NCBI GenBank assembly: GCA_964247055.1
Contig: OZ176058.1
Location: forward strand, 4,836,001 to 4,900,000
Direction: 5' to 3'
DNA: 64,000 bases
Source: Paragordius varius
Lineage: Eukaryota; Animalia; Nematomorpha
In this document: positions 49,071 to 64,000 of the stretch, in pieces
Layout: each line of letters starts with the position of its first letter
How positions within the stretch are numbered: the stretch's first letter is position 1
Program-made: the position numbers and the translations under genes
Notes under the pieces: model-generated
Told to the model about the DNA's origin: nothing
The model's input: the letters and a program-made list of their open reading frames with translations, nothing else
Databases searched by the model: none

Positions 49071-52000
49071 TTTCTTTGGGGATACAATAAGTGGGGGGAA
49101 AATAGGTGGCCGTTTTTGACTCTTGATCGGTGTTGGATTTCATTTCATATTTGAGAGAATTAGTAATTGTTTTTTCTTTTGGGATTAGAGTGGGGGGGAA
49201 AATATGTGGATAAATGATAAGCAAAAATGCGTAAATAATCGATATAAATAAGGCGCTTAAATTAAATTGTTAAGCTAACATACGTTGAGTTAAAATCTAA
49301 AAAATGACATCTGGCAAGCAAAATAACGATTTACAAAATTAATCATCAAAAAATTACATTACGAAAATCATGTTTTATTGCGCTAACAACGAAAACGAAA
49401 TAAACACTGAGGATAGGCCTGAAATTAACTGATTCAAGAGTAAATACGTAATTAACTAGATATATTCCCAAAAAAAAATTAACAAAAGTTCTAGGAAGCA
49501 AGAATATCCAATTAAATATTTATATATACGCACCTTCTGTCATTTAAAAAAAATAAATGTGTTTTTTCAATGAACGAACAAAAAACGGTAAATTAAGCAA
49601 TAAAATATTTTACTAAAATAAAATTTTGTTAAATTAATCTTGACATTGAAATTTGGTACAAGAAATATAAATTTGACTTATTATTATTTAACACTCTATA
49701 GTCTTTTGGAAATCAATCATACCAAAAACGATTTCAGGTATTAAGCCGAATTCAGTATAATATGCTTTCTTTAGGCTTTTAGGCGCATTATACAAATTTC
49801 TTTAAAAAATTAATATCTACAAAAAACACCTCCTTTTAAACCTTTTTGCCGCTATTTTTAACCCTATAAATTTTTTAAAATTACTAATGCGCGATACTAT
49901 GGTTTAAAGATTTGAATTCACTAAAAAAGCTTTCAAGCTATATGTTACTAACAAAAACTTAATATCTAATTTTAATATAGGCTGTTATTTGTATGACTTT
50001 GGGGCTGTCTCAATCTTGTAAGTCAAAGCAAGTTGATCAAGACTTAAGCCAGCAAATGTACACTAGAAGATCGGTGCTAAAAAAACACTTAAGTCAAGTG
50101 TTTTGCTTATGAATGTAACATCACTCAATTCGAATTTTACGGAACTTTTGATCATTTTCAGCCAAAACTTGTGTAATAAGTCACAAAAAGATAAACTATT
50201 ACAATATGCTTTCATTAAAATTTTTTAAACTCGTAACACGTATATTATTTAATATTATAGATTTTTTTAGGCATTGAGCCCGGTAAAACTAAAATTAAAT
50301 TGAAACTTTTCGCCCTTAATACACTTTTATTTTACCACACTACTCATTTTTTCAGAAGTCCGTTTGCAAATATAATGGGATATTTATTTAATATAATATC
50401 ATATTATAATTTTTAATTGATTATCAACATTACATTTGAAATAAATTTAAGATGAAATACACTCTTTAAATGTTTCAATGGTGAAGTAACCTTTGGTGTT
50501 TTTAATTTTATGTACGAAAACAAGATATTTAATTATTAATTTCAAGATATGCAAATCAAGTTTTTTTGCGGGTTCACGGAATCGATTAATTTGGCATATT
50601 TTTAGATGTATTGTTGTTAAATATTAGCAAAGTTTTCTGAAAAATTAACATCTTTTGTGTCCACCCTTTTTTAATAGGTTAATAATTAACAAAGGTAATA
50701 CATATAAAACCTAAATTATAGAGTAGTTTTCAAAAATATATTTATATATTAAAATCTGAAGTATGCCCTACCACCACACTTGCAAAATCTTTAATTTTTA
50801 CTTGATTATATAATTTTTTGTCATACTTTTCTTCCCTTAATAAGTCGTCTAATGTTAAATTTTATATGAAAGCAAGCCATGACTTGAAAAACTTGCAAGT
50901 CAGGTCAATTTTTTTTACAAACCACCCTTAGAGTCTAGAAGTAACAAAACTGTAAAGAATGCAAGATTTTTCCTTTAATATATCAAAACTATGGACTTAT
51001 AAGAAAAACTCTGCAAATAATTAAGTATATGTAATCGTTTGTGGTCTTAACGAAATATTAATACAACCTTAAAATACATATTATTGAATGGTTTTACTAA
51101 GTAAAAGTATTTAAATTTAAAAAATAGCATAATTTTTTAATAAAATTTGGGTTTGCCATTAGAAAACATGATTTGACCGACATTGAAATGTCCGGTCAAA
51201 CCCAACCCTAATTATTAATTAATAATTCACATAAAAAGATAACAATTTCTAGGAAGAAACGGTGAAAACCTCGATTTTAAGGGCGTATTTATTTCATTAT
51301 TTCAACAAATTTCCGCGTATGGATCTTACGATGTCAAAGAACCATAAATATGTAATTCTACATCTCGTAACTTAAAAAACTAAACTAAGTATACCATGAA
51401 ACCTTTTAAATTGGATAGTTTATAAGTAGCGCTTTTGTGAATGTTGATTTGATAATAAATGTAGCAGGAATAAATTTTATGTATATTAATTTTAATGTGT
51501 TAATCCGTACTTAAAATAAATTTAGGCATTATGACTTTGGTACTTTATTTGATTTACCATTAAATTGAAAAATTTACCCAAACAAGCATAATCATAAAAT
51601 ATGTTTTTATGCATTATTATTTTAAATTACTGTTTATAGCCACCTCTATATATATATTTATATACTAAAGTATCTAAACTGCAATTTATGGGGGGCTCCT
51701 TGTAAGGAATTGTATAGAGTTAAAAATACCATCATTTTCGTTAAAATTCAAGGATTCCATACGTGAATGACAATACAAGAAATAAATTACAAACGTATGA
51801 ATATATTATTAACAAATAAAAAATTTATTAATAAAACTTATATTTCGATTAATAAATTTTTTATTTGTTAATAAATTCATACGTTTGCTAAAATTCTTGC
51901 TACCAACATTTTTCGGTTTAATAGCTTTTGTTGTTTATTCATTACTATATTTTAACCTGTTGAAAGATCGTTTCTGACTCAAAAGGCTCCAGTATAATTT

Positions 52001-52329
52001 ACTTTTATTTTGATGACTTAACCAATTAGCAGGCAAATTTTTGCAAGCTTTTTTCGGTCTGGTTGAAGTACTAGATCTATCTTAACCATTCGCTTGGTTC
52101 ATTACAATTACGGTAAAAATTGAAATTATACGGACAGAACGTAATAAATAAATTTATTTCAAAGACGGACAAACAAAATATTTTTTGGGGAATATATATA
52201 GTATATAGGAGGACATATTGCACGCATATCCTTGATATAATCTTTTTATTCTGGACTTTCTTGTGTTAATTCTACTCAAACTTCAACTCAAATTCCAATA
52301 ACTTTTATAATTTTTGTTGAGTTGAGTTT

Positions 52330-61697
<9,368 letters not shown>

Positions 61698-62081
61698 GTG
61701 TTTTATTGGTAATAAAATGTGGTACAGTTGATTAAATATTTTTAGTAAAAAGAAATAATTTTATTAGAGCTGCTGAAAATTAAGAAATGTTTATTAAGAT
61801 CTTCCCTTAACTCTTAGATAAAACATTTTTATTTCAGTCTTTTGATTCAATATGGGAAAGTTAAATACCGTAGGTATGTTTAAAATATGACTTGAATCGA
61901 AACCATGGCAAAAATTTGCATTTATATAACATAAATAAATGAGAATATTTAAAGAGTAATTCAAATAAACTTGATATCACTTATTTTAAGGTTACTTTAG
62001 GTAAATATTTATCAACATGACATTTAAATATTACAAATTAAACCACTTTTTCTATTTATATTAATGTTTGATGTGATTTAA

Positions 62082-62630
62082 CACTTGAATATAACACATT
62101 ATTTCAGTCGTTTGATTCAAATTGGTATAGTTGGATACCCCAGGCCTGTTTAAATTTAAATATTACAAAAAATATGAAATTAATTAAACCTATGGCAAAC
62201 ATAAGCAATTTTATAACATTAAACCAAAATATATGAAAAAAGTTATTAAAAACTTTGTTTTTACTTTATTTTAGATAAAACCTCAAGAAGAAGATTTAGC
62301 CAAAGTGACATATTTCCATTGACTAAATTTATAAATACAAAAACCATCTTTTCTGTTTCTATCAATGTTATATGTAATTTAAATTGAGAAATAGCTTTCA
62401 TATAAGGTTATTATCAAATAAACACGATATATTTTGCAAAAATATTGTAAAAAAATGGCAAATTAGTTCAATATAAAACTTTTTTTCAAAACCAAATCTT
62501 ATTTAGATATTTCGGCTTATTTATATAAATTATTTAAAAAAAACATAAATTTTAATTAAGACCGTTTCTTTCATTTATTTTTATAAAAAAATCAATTTAA
62601 TTGTCTGATACCCCAATTTGAATTAAAGTG
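62082..62630. mobile_element. Family-2 MITE, apparently inserted into an older family-2 copy (outer pieces about 61806-62077 and 62780-63020)
   Basis: ttaa|cacttgaatataacac ... ccccaatttgaattaaagtg|ttaa, located at the internal gatgtgatTTAA of another copy. Confidence 0.65.
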
Positions 62631-63469
62631 TTAACAACACAAAGTTGAATGATTTTAAGGATAGTAACTTAAACAAATTTTAAATAGATAATTTTTTTGT
62701 CATTAGGATAAATACAACGTGTTTTGACTTTACTTAGCGTTAATTTTTATTTTTCATATTTTATAGATTCACATCCAATATTTGAAAAATCAGCTAAAAT
62801 TTAGCTTAAAAATTAAATAAAAATTTATTGCAAAATGAAATAAAAATGGCGTCGTTGATATTTTTTTCAAAATTAAATTTATTAGCAATTTTGGATTATT
62901 CACATAATTTTTATTGTAATAAAAGCAAATATTTAAATTAGGATCGTTTTTTTAGTGGTTTTTCAAAAAACTTGAATATAGCCCCAAAATTTAGATACCA
63001 CAATTGGAAACGAACTATTTAACAACTTTTTGATGTCATTTCGGCAACTTAAAAACACTTTCGAAGCTATATTATATTTAATTAATGTTTGATACTATAT
63101 AATATTACAGTCATTTAATGGCAACCCATTCAAATGAATGATGATGATATATTTATTGATAATTTTTAAATTAATTATAATTATACTATAAGATGTAAAA
63201 TTTTACAATATTTTTATGGAGATAAACTTATGTTTTCATTATTATCCTTGTAGTTATAAGTATTCATAAAGTATTTGATTTCTGCATTTTTCGATGAAAA
63301 ATATTCATTCAATAGCGACATGGGCGCTTTGCAATAAATCATTTAACTTATATATTTGAAGTAAATTTATTTACAAAATATATATAATAATATATATAGG
63401 TAAAATTAAAAAGTTTTATAATTTTTATAACCAATTAATTAATTTCTTTGTAACGCATTTTCTTTATGC

Positions 63470-63634
63470 ATGAATGATGATTCGGACACCAGTGATGAGG
63501 ACTATGTTCCCAAAATCAAAACGGTTGAAAAGTATTGTTTTGTTTTATAATGATAGGAAAAATTCTGAAACCAAAATATTGCCTGATAAAAATATAAAAT
63601 CTGATGTTTGGAAAAAATTTACCGAATTAAATGG
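63470..63634 (+). CDS. CFDP1: CFDP1/Swc5 copy B, exons 1-2 (63470-63531, 63557-63634); gene continues beyond the window
   Basis: Reads MNDDSDTSDEDYVPKIKTVEK|KNSETKILPDKNIKSDVWKKFTELNG|gtaagt. Near-identical inverted copy of 7973-7809, with the same 25-nt intron. Confidence 0.8.
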
Positions 63635-64000
63635 GTAAGTAAATTATGGATTCTAAATTTTTCAAATTTTATTTATCTCCAGTTTTTAAAAGAAATATTA
63701 AGTTTAAGACCAAAACTCTATAAAATACGTTTCTTAATACCCTAATTTTATCTTACTTATAGAATGCTAAATTTTTTACCAATTTGCATTTCAAATACTT
63801 ATTTCCCCTCCAAATTATAAATAAAATAAATAACTGTCATTGTCTATGTAATTTTATAGATTCCTGTGCATATCCTTTTTTTTACCTCAAACGATAAGTT
63901 TTAATTTAAAAATTCAAGTTTTTCCAAATATACAATTATTTCACTTTGTTGATCTTTTCTCTCATTTATTCCTTTATGTTTTATAATTAAAATAATTCAG

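Larger units (their letters stand above)
45585..49205. repeat. Palindrome P3 with OSGEPL1 fragments at 46055-46685 (+) and 48420-49070 (-)
   Basis: Same architecture; the spacer 47425-47672 has the P2 orientation, and both arms carry the micro-inversion. Confidence 0.8.

Overview
Extremely AT-rich (roughly 80% AT by eye, not computed), repeat-laden eukaryotic nuclear DNA, standard genetic code. Proteins are very divergent and introns are either 25-27 nt or 0.3-2.8 kb, which suggests a fast-evolving parasite (a myxozoan is a guess only). Spliced genes reconstructed by hand: the last exon of a syntaxin-16-like SNARE, an orphan secreted basic protein, CFDP1/Swc5 (two copies), LSM7, and RNF121 (one intact 7-exon copy, plus one copy split across opposite strands with a nonsense codon). 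About 20.5-38.6 kb is duplicated at 38.7-59.8 kb, and about 7.75-9.64 kb is duplicated in inverted orientation at 61.2-63.7 kb. Three ~3.5-kb palindromes carry six decayed fragments of the mitochondrial-type t6A enzyme (OSGEPL1/Qri7/TsaD). Their central spacer is flipped in one of the three, and a 75-bp micro-inversion appears to have been converted between arms. Two MITE families are abundant: TA/CAGT Tc1-mariner-like and TTAA/CAC piggyBac-like. The most striking pattern is that almost every gene's long introns and 3' flanks contain tandem 'echo' copies of its own exon ends and splice sites; one RNF121 echo is an intact, in-frame alternative exon.
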